Assembly (NCBI GenBank): GCA_051294905.1
Contig: CM119371.1
Span: forward strand, 32,800,001-32,864,000
Direction: 5' to 3'
DNA: 64,000 nt
Source: Botryllus schlosseri
Lineage: Eukaryota
Shown here: positions 1 to 14,288 of the stretch, piece by piece
How the letters are laid out: every line of letters starts with the position of its first letter
Numbering within the stretch: position 1 is the first letter of the stretch
Notes under the pieces: model-generated
Told to the model about the DNA's origin: nothing
Databases searched by the model: none
Seen by the model: only the letters and a program-made list of their open reading frames with translations
Program-made: the position numbers and the translations under genes

Positions 1-9
1 TATTATGAT

Positions 10-392
10 CAGTGATGGGCGGATAGTGATTTTTGAGAATCCGAATCCATCCGACAGCTCAAGTCTCTGAGGAGCATTCCTTCTGAATACGAACAATCTC
101 ATCCAAATACCCATGCAAATCCGAAAAATCTTGTTCATAATCCAGAAAATCCGAACAGAATAAATATTCCAAAGAATCCCAATTGTGCAGCGGGGCTAGA
201 TACATTTAGGGCCTAGAGTTGGCTGGTTTATATTTGCTTGGACCTTTGACAGAACAACTTTAGAGTGCTACACGTTTTGGTTGTCGAGCTAACGATTTTT
301 TTCTTTCGACTTGAAGTCAAGAGTTACGTCTGGTCAAAATTATCCAGAAAAAAGTAACAACTAGCCGAAAATATTCGAAACTAATTCTGCGA
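10..392 (-). mobile_element. MITE family A, truncated copy
   Basis: Begins CAGTGATGGGCGGATA. Colinear with the reverse complement of about 43500-43913. ATCCGA motifs. Confidence 0.75.
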
Positions 393-3300
393 TATGGTTA
401 TGATGCCTGTCCAATGTGTTCATGCTGCAATGTCTTGTCGAATGAAACGTTCTCGGAACCATGGTAGCATGGTATTTGTGAGGGTAGGTCAAAAAAGTTG
501 AAAGTAGCACGAGTTTTGACTGCCATGATATCTGCAGAAGAACGTGCGCGTACTGGTGCTACTCGAAGGTGGTGGGTGCACCCGATTTTGCAACGCCGGC
601 CTATACTGGGTGAAGCAGCTCACTAATTTAGTACTACATCGCAGTAATTCGTTTCGCAATATTGCGCCAGAAGGTCCGTCCGCCAAACGGCTTGAGCAAA
701 AGTGACGCTATTCAAGTTTCGACACCGGTTTATATAGGGATACGCATGAGCGCATCTCCCACTTCTCTCATCGCCGGCGATGTCGCCGAGTTATTTGACA
801 CTGTCAATTAAAATCGGCGGCGATTCGGCCGATGGCAGCGATAATAAAAACAAACACTAACGCATCGCCGGCATCGCCTCGTCTGATACGGCCTTAATAG
901 TATTTAGTCCTTGAATCTAACAATAAGCAGAATTGTCATTATCATGCAGATGGAGTAACAGCCCTTACCAGTGAGCTTTTACATAATGAGATTGATTTAT
1001 TTTGCTGTTCTTGTGTAAATCACACTAACATGTAACATACTTACTCCCGCCATTTACCCGCTTCAATATTTTATTGTTTTTTGGCTGTAACTCGTTTTGT
1101 ATTCACAATAGAGAAAACTTTCTTCTTAGGACTTATATGAACATGATGTTTCTGCAGCTTTTGAGCTATATATCATGACTCTACGACCAGTGGTTGTCGA
1201 GATGGGCAATTTTACCCCCTCCAGCGCGGAAATTGGGGGGTTGCCGGCTGGAAAATGGGGGCTATCCCCTAAAATCAATTTTTCTTGAAGTTTTAGGTCA
1301 TTTGTCGGCATTTAGGAACCTCCTTTTTTAGATTTAAATAAAATCATTTTCACTCCACCCTAGTAATATATACATTGGATCCATTGATATACTGTATCTT
1401 GGAGATTGGTCACGGTACTGGTGATACAGCAATGTATGTGAATTCAATGTATGGTCACTACCGGTAGCCTAAGTTTAAAATTTCTACTGGGTACAGATAA
1501 TTCCGTACAGTACAACTGCAACACTGAGTACAAGGAATCGGATCTATACGGGAAAAACAACGGAGCGAATGTTCTTTACAGTATATTACCCTTTCGAGGA
1601 ATAACTCACCATCCAGATATTTCGAATCTCGAAAGTGGCTTTCTTTACCGATTCACGACAACCAATACGTTTACTCGATAGGGGTACAGAAACTATAGCG
1701 CAGCAGCTGCTTTGGTGACGACGGTTTATATGTTCCATTATGATGCGGCAATTGACTAAATGATTCCATAACAATATTTCGGGATAACGAGGTTAAGGAT
1801 CTTCGAAATATTTGTATGCTATAATTGATATACCGGAAATATGGATTTAATAGCGATGAAGCTGCAGATTATATCATCGTAAGCTGAAGAAGTCTTGACG
1901 TACTATATTCATCTTAATAGATCGAACCATCGATACGATCCGAAATCTGTATGCCAATTGCCGGTGAAGCTGGCTTACTCTTACTGTGCAATTCAAAATC
2001 TACCAAGTATTGAATAACATAACATTATAGGTATGAAAGTAACCTGGAAGGTGCAGATAAATTCTGTAGCCCCTTGAGATTTTTTGTCTGGAAAACTTTG
2101 CCCCTATTACGCCCATGCGGTAACGTGTTGCGTAATACCTACGTAACTTATGGCTGAAATTTACCTTATTCCATTATTCCCAGTTCTAAATACCCTAAAT
2201 CTGCCTGACTGTGGTTTTACACTAATGCCATGCGGAATAGGCCTGAGATATTTTGTACCGTTCGTGTACGTACATGTACAATTGTGCATTTGACGTGGCA
2301 TGAAAGAAATAATAAACCATTTTCGTGGCAACTTCACATTATGCCGTATTTTGCCACACACTTGAGATATGTTGGTCATAGTATATAGTAGTATATATAC
2401 TATCGATCTCAGTATACGGTAATTGTGAATTACAATATGATTTCGCGGTCATAGCTATTATTCATTTGACGTCGTATGTCGATGTAGCAGTAGCACACGA
2501 ACTAATAGAAAGAATGCTTATTTTTTACCTAAGCTATAGTCGTAGGCAAATTGAATTGATCAAACCTGATCCATAAAGACTGAACAGCGAACAATGCTAT
2601 ATTCCAACAATGTAAATAGGCCCACCCAAAAAGCCTTGAAGACACGAACAACAATAAAGTGGGCCAAACCACCCCTTTCGATTGATAATTCACCGCCAAA
2701 GACAATGTCCTACACGACCTACAGTTTGCCACAGCAGATGAGTGCTCACTGCTCATACAGTTATCACCACAATGATTCGACTGAATTTTTTAACAAGGAT
2801 GCACTTCACATTGCACACTTGTCGCCCCCCTGTCCGTTTATCCAGGCTTCTGACAGACACAGATTTAACACTCCAAAAGTTAAGTTTTGGGAAAGCGCAG
2901 CGCAAATTTAATCCCAAACTTCATATTTGCCCGAAAAAAGGTATAATCACTGATAACACTGGACAACAATTTTGAACGAAAAAATTTTTGACTTTGATTT
3001 TGCACTTGATTTAGGCTAATTTTGGCATGCTGATTCCAAAAATGCTGCCGGTTTTCTTCCATCACGTCAAGTTTTTGCTCTACGACATATTCCGAAAATA
3101 TGCAAATTTTCACTAATTTGGCCATATTAGTTTTCCATACCACATATTAATCCATACATTTACCGTATAATAAGTTATATAGGCAAAGGCTCGATTGAAT
3201 TATTAAGAAAAAAGGTATTGGTATCGATATACGTCGATGCTTAGACCCATTTTTGGTTAGAAGATGCAATCATCCGAGGATATTTTACACACATATTTGA

Positions 3301-4041
3301 TGCAAACTGCAGGATAAAGCAAGAACAAAAACATTACATTTACTACCAGCTATAGGTCCAATGCTCCATTCAGCTTATCCAGTGTATCTTGAAACTCCTA
3401 TACGCTCGATAATTTTGATCAAGATGAAGATCTTGACGATAGCAGGCCTAATGATGAAGATTTTGAAATCGAAGATGATTCAGAACGTACTCCATCAACA
3501 CGAGTTATTGATCCGACAGAAGCTTTGAAAATTGGAAGAAAAATCTTCGGTACTTTTAACATCCTTACGAAGTAAGAAATTATTACTTGGCAAGGTAGAG
3601 AAGGTATATCACTTTCGATTAGGAGGAGAAACAGCCTTTTCTTCGTAGGCCTACTTTCGATAGCTTTGTGTATTGTCGTGATACAGGCATTGACATGATA
3701 CTGTTACCATGGATTACTGGCGGAGTTAGGGATCCCCATTTTCAACTCAAGTGAATGGCAAATGCCTAGAGGTAGCCTAGCTCAAAAAGGATCGTAAAGT
3801 GTAGCATTCTCCAAAATGGCAACGTCTTCGGTGCATTAACAATTGCACACTCAGTTAGTCTTAGTGAATAATACAGAAACATGAGAATAATACAAAAACA
3901 TTGAGTTGTTGCAATATCACGAACACGATTGGATCATATGTGTAAGATTTGAAATATTTTTTTTTCTTAGTGGTCAGACAACAAGGATTCACTTGCACAT
4001 GTAACCCTGATACACATGTGTCATTGCCATAGGGTTATGTC

Positions 4042-5371
4042 CAGGCCGTGTTATTTTTGGCATTTCAGGAGCCAGATGCCAAAACTGCCCAAAATAAAAA
4101 TTTGAAAATGCCAAAAATAACACGGACTGCCAAATAGTGTATTTCGTTCATGGTGTTGTGTTAACAGGACCGCGTAACAAGCGAGAAGATCGTTTGTGAA
4201 AGGCAGGTTTCTTAATCTGGGTCCAGCCAACCCATTAGGGGTGAAAGCATGATGTCCTAAATGGTGGGGGCACAGCGAGATTGAACGGCTCACTGCTTTT
4301 GGTTTACGTCATACTTTCCATTTGTCCAAAGGCAATTTTACGACCATTTTTGACCGGCTTGTCGAGCGCTAAATTTGATAAAACGGGTATCAATGAGAAG
4401 CTGCCGCAGTACTGATTATTAAAATATAAATTATATTCTGCTCATGGAACTGGAACTCCAAAAATCAACCACGATTTTTGCATCGTGATCGAGTTGAACA
4501 TTGTGACGCAACAAACTGTCTGGCTATTTCTGAGCTGCATAGTCTCATTTTGCCAGACAGTCTTGTTGCGTCAATGTTCTTAAACAAGCTAACCTTCCAA
4601 GGACTCTTCCATGCGAGTTGGTAATATTAAAGCCACCTGAAGTGAAAAAATGTCCTCAGAAAATATATCGGTACTCTGAAGAAGAAATGATAGTCGGGCT
4701 ACTAAATAGAATGTGTTGAGAGACAGCACATGAAACTCCTGGAAAAGGATCAGGAAGAAAATTATTTCCACGATGAGATCGATGGCACTGGCGAAGTGAT
4801 CTCTTTTCATGATGCATGGAAGCCGGTTCGGCCCTCCAAAGATCTTGAAGCTCTGAAAACCTTTTGTGGATAACTGGCAACATTCTTTCCCTCAGCGGCT
4901 ACTGTTGAAGCCGATATTTCCCAGATTCGCTGGACGAGAAATGAATTTAGGAGAAACTTAGCTTACCTGATTTGGAAGCACTGCTACAGTGCAAACGATT
5001 TAAGTCGATTCAACAGCTTTGACAATCAGCTGTTGAGCGTGTTTGTTAGGCTTTTCTTTCTTTTTTTGCTTATTGGCACCGATTCCGATGGATACTGCAC
5101 ATTTTGTGGTTTCGTTTGATATAATTAACCAATGAAATCGTTAGGTTTTTTCTTCTCTTATTGTTTGTTGGCACTGATTATACGTAGATGCCGCACATTT
5201 TGTGGTGTTTTTTTGACAAACTAGCCCAAATAAAGCGTTTTTGGGACTAATTCGAGGCTGAAACTATCTATTTAGAGGACGATGCCAAAACTGCCAAAAA
5301 TAAAAATCGAAAAATGCCAAAAATAAGTTATTTTTGGCAGTTTTGGCATATGCCAAAAATGACACGGCCTG
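4042..5371. mobile_element. hAT-type non-autonomous element, 1,330 bp
   Basis: TIR CAGGCCGTGTTATTTTTGGCAT/ATGCCAAAAATGACACGGCCTG. Perfect TSD GTTATGTC (4034-4041, 5372-5379). TGCCAAAA subterminal repeats. Confidence 0.9.
4248..4580 (+). mobile_element. Diverged solo TIR related to the 16557-19173 foldback family
   Basis: Colinear similarity with 16557-16835 (e.g. TTTTTGACCGGCTTG, CGGGTATCAAT, AAATATAAATT, TGTGACGCAACA). Confidence 0.75.
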
Positions 5372-7306
5372 GTTATGTCGGACAGCAGACATTCAAAAAA
5401 GCTAAAATAGCTAAATAATTTCTCCGAAAACCTTGACATAGTCAGAGATGGGAAAGGAGAAAATGTCCCCTAACATCTGAAGATGATGGGGGTAAGATAG
5501 CAGAGTAGATTGGAGCTTACATATGTTAGCTGACTATAGCTCGAGTATCAAACCAGACAACCTACAGCATTATGGGTTATTAGCGTAAATTGGGACCCTG
5601 AAATTCGCACTTTGTCTGTCCTGTAGAAGCAATATCAGTCTAAATCAACCAAATAATGCAGTACAAATGTTTATTTGAAGTCTATATTGATTTAATTTCG
5701 ACTGCTTATAGTTTTTGACACGTTTTATACAATCAATCCAAAATGTTAAAAGCAGTGCTATTACGTGGGTTATGCGACAATGTGGTGGGTGCCTAACCAA
5801 AAAACTTGATGTGAACGTAACGGAAGCCATTTTTGAATTCAGTTCCCAAAAGTTAGTCAAAATCAATTGTCTGATCAAAGTCAACAGAACCTGTGTTGAC
5901 CAGTGTAATTCACCCAAAATGACAATCCTAGGGGTGTGTTTTTAATGGTATGGTATGGGTGTATTAGGCGTATTCAAACCCACTAGCATTGGTGTAAATG
6001 ACGAATTTAGTACCCAAAAGGTGTGATGACTTGAAATACGGCCTGCGCTAGAGAGTAAATTGCGAAAACACACCATTTTCGTTTACATTGTACCTCTGGA
6101 TCTCACCATCCAGCTAATTCAAAAGCATGCATATCGACTTATATAGATTCTATATCGCTTTATTTCAACATTGATGGACGCAGATTGGGGAGTGCCAATC
6201 CATTGAAATAAACTGAAAATGCACATCATTACTACAACAACATACTATTATGCCTTACGATTGGGGGGCGAAACTTTCATCCCCCTCATCTGTATAATCG
6301 AGACTTCTGGGGGCTACTCTTCGCCCCCCAGACCCGCCTATGCTAACGGTGGAGGAAACTTAAATTGTTGTACGCCTGGTATAGACTGTTCCGGTATTAC
6401 ATTATGCGTTCATCATGATGTGGCAGTTCACTGGTCAGTGCTCCCCTCAAAAAGATAAACTTTCAGCATACAACATAATTAAATTGCTTGCTAAAGTACA
6501 ATAAATGACTCGTCATATTTGAAAACAAGTGACTCAGGTGAGGTATAGCGCGTGTCGACACCTACCTATTTAGAAGAAATTTTGGATGTATCATGACATA
6601 ATGGTATACCATGAGAACTGAAAGTCGAATACCACATAAATCTAGATAGCTGTTTGCTGACATTAGTAATAAGCGAGCACATCACGTCAAGGTTTCAGCC
6701 AGGTGATGGATTAGGCCTATCGTTTTTCTACGAAGAAGATTTTGTTGCATGATTAGGCATAAATACAAAATGTGCGGCAATGTGTTACGACACTAGTAAT
6801 ACCACAGGAACACATCAGCACTGGTGTTACCTGTGAAGAGCCATAGGTATAACTGTACCTATAGTTCCACGATCTGCAAGAACGTGCCTGGTTGGATTAA
6901 ACCTAAAAAGCCTCACATAGCATAGATAGACAAATGTCCACTACAATTATATACCATATACGTATTGGGAAGCAATGTAGGCCAACATCATTCAAGTCAA
7001 TAAGGCAATATTATTGGAGGAAAACAGTATCATCCTCACGTAATGCAGAACATTCCTGAGCTGATATAAATGGCTTGAAATATTTGTGTAGCAGTCTAAA
7101 ATTTGCATTGTCACTTTCTTTCTGAATCCGAACCAACTTCCTTTTCTGAGATCGCGACTTACATTTAGCATGTATTTGCGGCATAGTAGCAGCCCAGATA
7201 CCTACTTGACTACAGTAATTAGGAGACATTGATGCTACCAATTAAACATGGCATATAGGCCTAAATGAGTGATACCAAACTCATCGTACGGTTCTCAACT
7301 GACGAG

Positions 7307-7794
7307 TAGGGCTGGGAGAAATCGAGTACCTGAGTGATTCTGAATCACGTAATATGATTTGAGTCGAGTTCAGTAATCCAGTATCACTCAATATGACGTC
7401 ATAACAGAATGTTATACGTCAATGTTCAAATATGTACAATGTCTGTTATCCATCACATAAAAGGTACTTTGGTATTTTTTCGTCGATACCGACTTCATTC
7501 CACTTGGTGACAATGTTTTGCGATAATCATGAATTCTGAAATGTGCTACGTCCAGTAACCTTCGTAGCTTTATACTATATGTTTCGTATGCTACGGTACT
7601 GCCAATCAAGGTTTCAAGGCTTCAACTGTGACAATTAGTATCGAAACTATAATTCTCGTAGATAAATTAACTTTCAGTGGTGAGTAGCGTATAATTTCAG
7701 TGCTCGAAAATAGCGTCTTTTACTACTCGAATTGAATCATTGAAATTAATACTCGATTCAGATTAGAGTTCTCAAATCATTGTGCCCAGCCCTA
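7307..7794 (-). mobile_element. hAT-type MITE family B, copy 1
   Basis: Termini TAGGGCTGGG/CCCAGCCCTA. TSD CTGACGAG/CTGAAGAG. Inverted homolog of 11037-11547. Confidence 0.9.
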
Positions 7795-7811
7795 CTGAAG
7801 AGTGTACCATA

Positions 7812-9187
7812 GGGGAGACCGGGGACAAATGTAACTAGGGGCAAATGTAACAATCGACCTCGCCGCTAGTAGGATGGAGAAATCAGCTTGATATTTTAAG
7901 TGCGCATGCAATAGTTATCTCTCCTATTATACCTGGAGTTACGTTGAGCTACGATGCGAAACCCCGGAATAATTTGCAAAAAACGAAATTTTTGACCCTT
8001 GAGTAAAGTTTTTCTGGTCTGGAATAATTTGTCTAGACGAATAGTACCTCAAGTAGTTACAACGTAATATATGTAGCTGGAACAATGTTACTATAGTCTA
8101 CCGTGATGATAGAAAGAATAGGACTTGCATCGCCGGGAAGGTACCATATTGAGACACTAATCATGGCCAAGCGTGTCAGGGGCAATCGTAACACTCTGTT
8201 ACTTCTGCCCCGTTACAATATGTTATCAATTCTAAATGTCTTTGTTCATATGTTGGTATTACCATTCATCTACTGCAGAATAATCTTGCAACAGCCAGAA
8301 GTTCACTAGAACAGATACTACCTTGCGATAGCAATTCTAACATGATCATCTGTCGAAACGGCCATACAATAGTGCTGATGTGAATCTGACGGTTCGGTTA
8401 TTTTCGTGATTCAACCACCCTTCCTCATGTTGATCGACTTTTGGTGTGTCGAACTTCAATGGTCATGACTGAATTCTCGTCCTCTGACTTTGATCATGGC
8501 CCACTTACGTTTTGATATTTGATGTGAGCAATTTATTTTAATTTTGTACAGCACAGAAGAATGTCATTATAGCTTTGACGCCACACAATGTTGCGTCCTC
8601 GTTTTGCCATACTATCATCGGCCCATTCAACCAAGATATGTTAGCCAGATTGGTGTCGCACATTCGCAGGTGACCGAAGGACCAACCCATTATGCACGCT
8701 GAACAACAAAACCTTGGTAGAAGAGGCCGAATATGTGTAGGGAGATGATGGAATGAATGTGTCTCTTGTACACTTTAAGCTTGAACAAGACACGAAGGGT
8801 GATATTGCATTCAGATGCCATAAATGCGATGGGGCGTGGCCTGGAAGCGTTCAAACGTCTCTTCCTTTAGTTTCATGCAATATTACAATTTGTGCTTCCG
8901 TTTTCGTTGTTCATTTCGTTTGTGTTCAGTTATAAATAACACTGTTACGATTGCCCCGCAAGGGTGTTAGAATTGCCCCTGGGTACGGGGCGATTGTAAC
9001 ATTTGAGCAGCGATTTTTGCGACCCAAAATTTCCATGATTGATTGTTGATTGAGTTCCAATTTAGTTTTTATATCAACTATCGAAATGTTGGCTTTTTTA
9101 TTTAAAACTTTGGAAGTGAAATTTCCACGAGAAAAACACGTAATGTTGGAAAATACAAAAAGTGTTACAATTGTCCCCGGTCTCCCC
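7812..9187. mobile_element. Tc1/mariner-superfamily (pogo-like) non-autonomous element, 1,376 bp
   Basis: TIR GGGGAGACCGGGGACAAATGTAAC/GTTACAATTGTCCCCGGTCTCCCC flanked by TA on both sides. Internal repeats of GGGGCAA.TGTAAC. Confidence 0.82.
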
Positions 9188-9317
9188 TACTCAATATGCT
9201 GTCGAGTCATCTTTATATTTAACTGGTAGCCCATTTCAAGAATGTAATATTAAACATTGTCATATGCAACACCTAGGGCAAGTTTTGTTTGCAGTCACAT
9301 CCGTGGATAGTTTCACG

Positions 9318-10230
9318 TATTGTTGGAATCGAGTCACTACCCTCCAGTCACGAGTCATTTCGAGTCATTGCACATTTTAACTCGAGTCAAGTCAAGTCAA
9401 TCGACTTTTGAAGTTGATTCGAGTAAAGTCAAGTCATTTGAATTTTGGAGGTGACTCGAGTCAAGTCGAGTCTAGTCAAGTCAAGTCACGAGTCAAGTCA
9501 CAATTCAAGTCAAGTTGTCTTTTCGAAGTATGAGGCATGCACACGTCATTGCATCTTCCTAGCTGTCTGAAATACATATTGAGTGGTCATTGATTCAGAA
9601 CCTATAAACGAATATATAGTTAAATATACACGCAAGTAGGCGCTATATCGCTCACATATACGTAAAAATGCTAAACTACATAAGTAATTGCAGAATGCAG
9701 AGCCTCAGTTTATAGTTACCAGCCAAAATAGAGAATAGAGAAACGAATTGATAAGATGCAATACATCACCCATTCACGAATTGATATGGTACAATTCGAG
9801 CCTGCGCCAACTGTTGAGGACTATATAAACTATATCCGAATTCAATTTCAACAAAACAAGAAGTTTGGTTAAGGTAAGCACAGGGAACAGAAATAGCCAT
9901 TTTGGTATCAAATTACTCTACTATACTAGTTTACAACAGCGTAAGCTGTGAGCTTCGATTACTTCGTTTGCGGTCAATTTGTTTGTGAGAGAACGATGGA
10001 GGCTCAGTAAAACGCACGATCATAGAATGATTGGTCGCTCCCACGGGTTACACCAACGTTTCGCGAACAATCCGACCATATATGCAAGATACAGTGACTT
10101 TTATCGACACCGATTGCTTGGTGACTTGAAATTGACTTGTGAATTTTGCTCCGAGTCACGAGTCAATCCACATTTCTGATACGCCGAGTCAAGTCATTTT
10201 AGCAAAGTGACTCGAGTCATCCCAACATTG
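9318..10230 (-). mobile_element. hAT-type MITE family C (GACTT/GACTC-rich ends), copy 1
   Basis: Inverted homolog of 35303-36266. Degenerate TSD GTTTCACG/ATTTCACT. Confidence 0.88.
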
Positions 10231-11036
10231 ATTTCACTTCATAAAAGTTGCAGTAAAAAGTGCATTTATTTTTCACAAAATTCGTACAAAAAGGCACATT
10301 TATTGACAAGTTTCTTGAAATTACTAGGGTATAAGATACTTGAATCGATCCGAATTCATAAGGCCCTGCAGTAAAACGCAGTGTTGGTGACTTTAACAAA
10401 ATCGATGGCCTGAAAAAATAACCCAGTGGTATTATAATTCTTGATGGTCTAGCCTGAATGTACGTCAAATCAGAAATGACCTCAAATTTAATCGACAGTG
10501 AAATAATCAAGCGATCTATTTGCATATAGTACCAAATATTTCCAGTAAAAAGTTGGCTGTATGAAAAATCAAGAAGCTGCAAAAAGTTGCTTGAAAAAAC
10601 AATGGATAGTTGCAATATAAGATTCATTCAAAATGATAACTAACATTCACGTAAATGTAGAATGGGGCCATTTAGGTATTGCCATAATGGATAAAAATGA
10701 TAAAATGAAAGTGAGCTCTTGTAACGGGTGCAGAAATTTAATGATGGGTTACTGTTTACGGGACCATATTCTACATTGGAGCATGGATTTAATGATCATT
10801 CGTAAAATGATAAGGATTTGATGATTGACCCTTCTTTACGGTACAATACCATATTCATTATGGATACAAGGATTTCCGTGGTTATTCATAAAATGTTAAT
10901 ACTTGAAAATCGGGGAAATAGTTTTAAAAAGCACGTAAACGCAGGAGGGGGATAGAAAGTGTGTAAATAAACCAGGAGTTCCTGCCCTGGGCAACCGCTT
11001 ACCTCGCCCACCCCAAATGTCACCACTGGTTATGTC

Positions 11037-11547
11037 TAGGGCTGGGCATAATGATTCGAGTACTCGATTCTGAATCGAGTATTAATTTTAATGATTCGAG
11101 TCGAGTGGTAAAATACGATTTTTTCGAGTACTGAAATTATACGCTTCTCGCCACTGAAAGATAATTTATCAACGAGAATTATAGTTCCAATACTAATTTT
11201 CACTGTTGAAGCCTTGAAACCTTGATCGGCGGTATCGTAGCATACGTAACATATTTTACAAAGCTACGAAGATTACTGCACATAACACATTTCCGAAGTC
11301 ATGATTGTCCCACAACATTGTCACCAAGTGGAATTAAATCGGCATGGTCAAAAAATACCAAAGTTTATGAGATGGATAACAGGCATTACATGCTTTTTGG
11401 TGGCATAAAAGGTACATATTTGAACTTTGACGTTTCACATTCTGATATGACGTCATAATGGGTGATACTCGATTACTCGACTCGACTCGAAGCATATTAC
11501 ATGATTCAGAATCGAATCACTCAGGTACTCGATTTTGCCCAGCCCTA
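11037..11547 (+). mobile_element. hAT-type MITE family B, copy 2
   Basis: TAGGGCTGGG...CCCAGCCCTA. Perfect TSD GTTATGTC (11029-11036, 11548-11555). ACTCGA subterminal repeats. Confidence 0.92.
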
Positions 11548-12152
11548 GTTATGTCGTTATGTGATGGCTCTTCATAAATTCCATCACCTGATGCTCAAGT
11601 GTGTGGGGGATTATACGTCGGGTAATATTGGACTTGTTGCAATCTATACTTGACTATGAGCCGTTATTTTGATGCTAGTAAAATTGTGTCGGAATTTACT
11701 CTTCACAGAGACGCTTTATAAGGGTCTATGACCAGCAGAGGTCAAGATATATCGTTGTCTGGCGGGCATTCATCCATGCATTTGACGCTAGTCTGAAAGA
11801 ATTGAATTTTCTTCGTCATCTCCTTCCACCTCTGCATCTTTTGCCTCCTTTTCTAGGGCTCCTCTTTGCGATGTCAACTCCATCAATGTTGGCAGTTCGG
11901 TCCTCTTGTTGCTATTGCTGGTTTCTTTTACAGCTTATGAGATGCAAGACCGGTCCTTTTTTGTTAGCTTTCCTAGCTGTATCCTGTATTTTCCCCAAGG
12001 TTTTTCCTTTTTCATCCGTGATCTTATTTATCTGTCTTGTTGCCTTCTGCTGTTTCTGATGGCATTCTTGCAATGCGTCACGGTTTTCCTCAGCTACCGT
12101 ATTTCTCTTTTTGTCCTTTGTGTGTTTTTCCGTTATTTTGACCCCGTCTAAC

Positions 12153-12430
12153 TAGGGTTGCATTTAAAACAAAAATAAATTTCAAACAAGCATATTTAAA
12201 ACAAGGCCCTTGTTTTAAACATGTTTTTTATTGTTTGTTTTTTTAAAACATGACGCCACGAATGTGACTTCATTGTGGATTGACATTGACAATTAAAAAT
12301 ATAGGGTAAATATAGCTCCTTTGACAAAATATCCGTACTATATTGCTATTGATCCGACTATTTTGAGGGTTCCAACCGTGTCGATATACGTCGGCTGTAT
12401 CGAGTCAACAAAATGTAATATTGAACCTAT
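12153..12430 (+). mobile_element. MITE family D, truncated copy
   Basis: TAGGGTTGCATTTAAAACAAAA start. Colinear with 23371-23690. Confidence 0.8.
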
Positions 12431-13783
12431 AGTAAAATTAATTTTGTGATGAAATGGATTTTGTGAATAAGCTCACATGATTTGATATTTAATTTTTTGA
12501 TTTTCAATTCCCTCATTAGTCAGAATGTATGAAATTAATACGTCCTTGACACTGATAAAATCTTACCACCCCGATAACTTTTTTATCAGGCTTATCAATT
12601 GTACGTCAATTATCTGCTGATGGAGGAGGATTGCGAAAGTTTCAAGGATTGGCTGAAGAGGGATATTGGCTTGAATATAAATCATGCTGAGACGTGTTCC
12701 AATCACGTGAAGGGTGGGTACTATGCTTTTTTTTTAGTGTAATCCTTTGTGATAATTGTCATTCACTAACTGGTTTCTACCTTTACTTGAAATGTGGATA
12801 TTGGTTGCTTAAATCAGTTGCATCAGTTTTCCAACGTCAAATTCTAATCAAAATGGTTCTTCGGTATGGTTTATTTTTAATTGTTCACTTCACGCGGTAT
12901 ACGGATGCCGTGTGTGCATTAATCCGTAACATGGTGTCTGTACGGAATTAGACTAAAATATAGTGTCACAGACTTTGCTGAACACTTGATAGTCGCCACC
13001 GCCGTCCATCCTTGTGAAAATGGATATCACGTACTCGTTCATATAAAATCGGCGGCGATGATTTTTAAGACCTGGCCCGTATTCCAAGAAATGCAGCTAC
13101 AGAATTTGTTTTGAAATAATAAAAATTCTTACCAATTTACACTTCAACAGTAAGGTGTTACTTTCAAGAAAGGTCATTTTGCTGTTGTTTACCACTACTA
13201 TCAACAGCATACAATTAGTAATTGCATATGATAGATATGGTTCCATAGGGTTACCATACGTCTTTACGATTTGTCCTCTTTTTTGACTTTTGTACTTTTG
13301 TCCTCTTTCTAGTCATATTTATAGCAAAATTCGACTGAGATGCCGTATAATTCCGCACCGAAGTGACGCTCCGGCGGGTATTTCGGGAGCTGAGTGGAAA
13401 GTTGACTTTTTTTTAGTCAACCACCTGACAATGTTAAGGAAAAATTTAAATTTAATTTGAGCAATGAGAGAGAAAGTTGAACGGAAAGGATTTACCATTT
13501 TTTGAGAATTTTCCTCCGGTTTTGCAAGTCAGAAAATTCGTCCTCTTATCAGATTTCCAAAATATGACACCCATATGGTTGCACGATAATAGAGGAGGTA
13601 ATGTTTAACCAAAACTTGGAGGTCCGTGGGGTTCGTGACGGTTCAAAAGGAGGGGGGTGGACGCGAAGACAAAAAGGTTGAAACCCACTGATAAAGAGAA
13701 AGAAATCGAGACTGATAATGATATGATTACACAGACCATTAAATAAGCAGAAATACACAAATGACACACGAAACAACGTAATG

Positions 13784-14288
13784 CTACCGCGGTACTGATT
13801 GCAAAAATATAAATTTTATTCTGCTCGTGGTCCTGGTACCCCCCAAAATCAGCATCTAATGTGGAATTATAACGGAGTTTGGTATTGTGACGTAACCAAG
13901 CCATCTCGGAGCAGGTGAAGAGCAGCGGAAATCACAAGTGTATCGGCCATTGTTGCGCAAGCGATTGAGCATCCACACTCTCACTATCGTGTAGACTTGC
14001 TCCTCAGCTGCGCCGTATTATTCCAAGCAGCAGTGTTGCGTCACAATACCGAACACTGGTACAATGCAACATTCGATGCTGATTTTGGGGGTTCCAGGAC
14101 CATTAGCACAGTAAAAGTTATACTTTCGCTATCAGTACCGCGGTAGATTTCGATTGATACCAATTTCAATAATTTTGTCATTCAAAAATCATCGTAAAAT
14201 TGCCTTTGGACAAATGGAAAGTGTGACGTAGACCGATCGCAGGGAGCCGTGACATTTGCTTGTGTGCACGCCATATACGACAACATTT
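13784..14288. mobile_element. Short diverged member of the same foldback family, left end truncated
   Basis: Inverted pair 13784-13895/14036-14146 (CTACCGCGGTACTGAT...ATCAGTACCGCGGTAG). The right side continues as TIR-like sequence to about 14288. Confidence 0.7.

Noticed and set aside
3400..3575. Acidic reading frame (DQDEDLDDSRPNDEDFEIEDDSE...)
   Set aside because: Short, with no start or splice context and no recognisable family. Possibly a transposon remnant.
11780..12150. Hydrophobic + strand ORFs (11802-12059, 11906-12151) as membrane proteins
   Set aside because: They are the antisense of a Lys/Arg-rich, stop-interrupted minus-strand frame, probably a decayed retroelement. Not supportable as genes.
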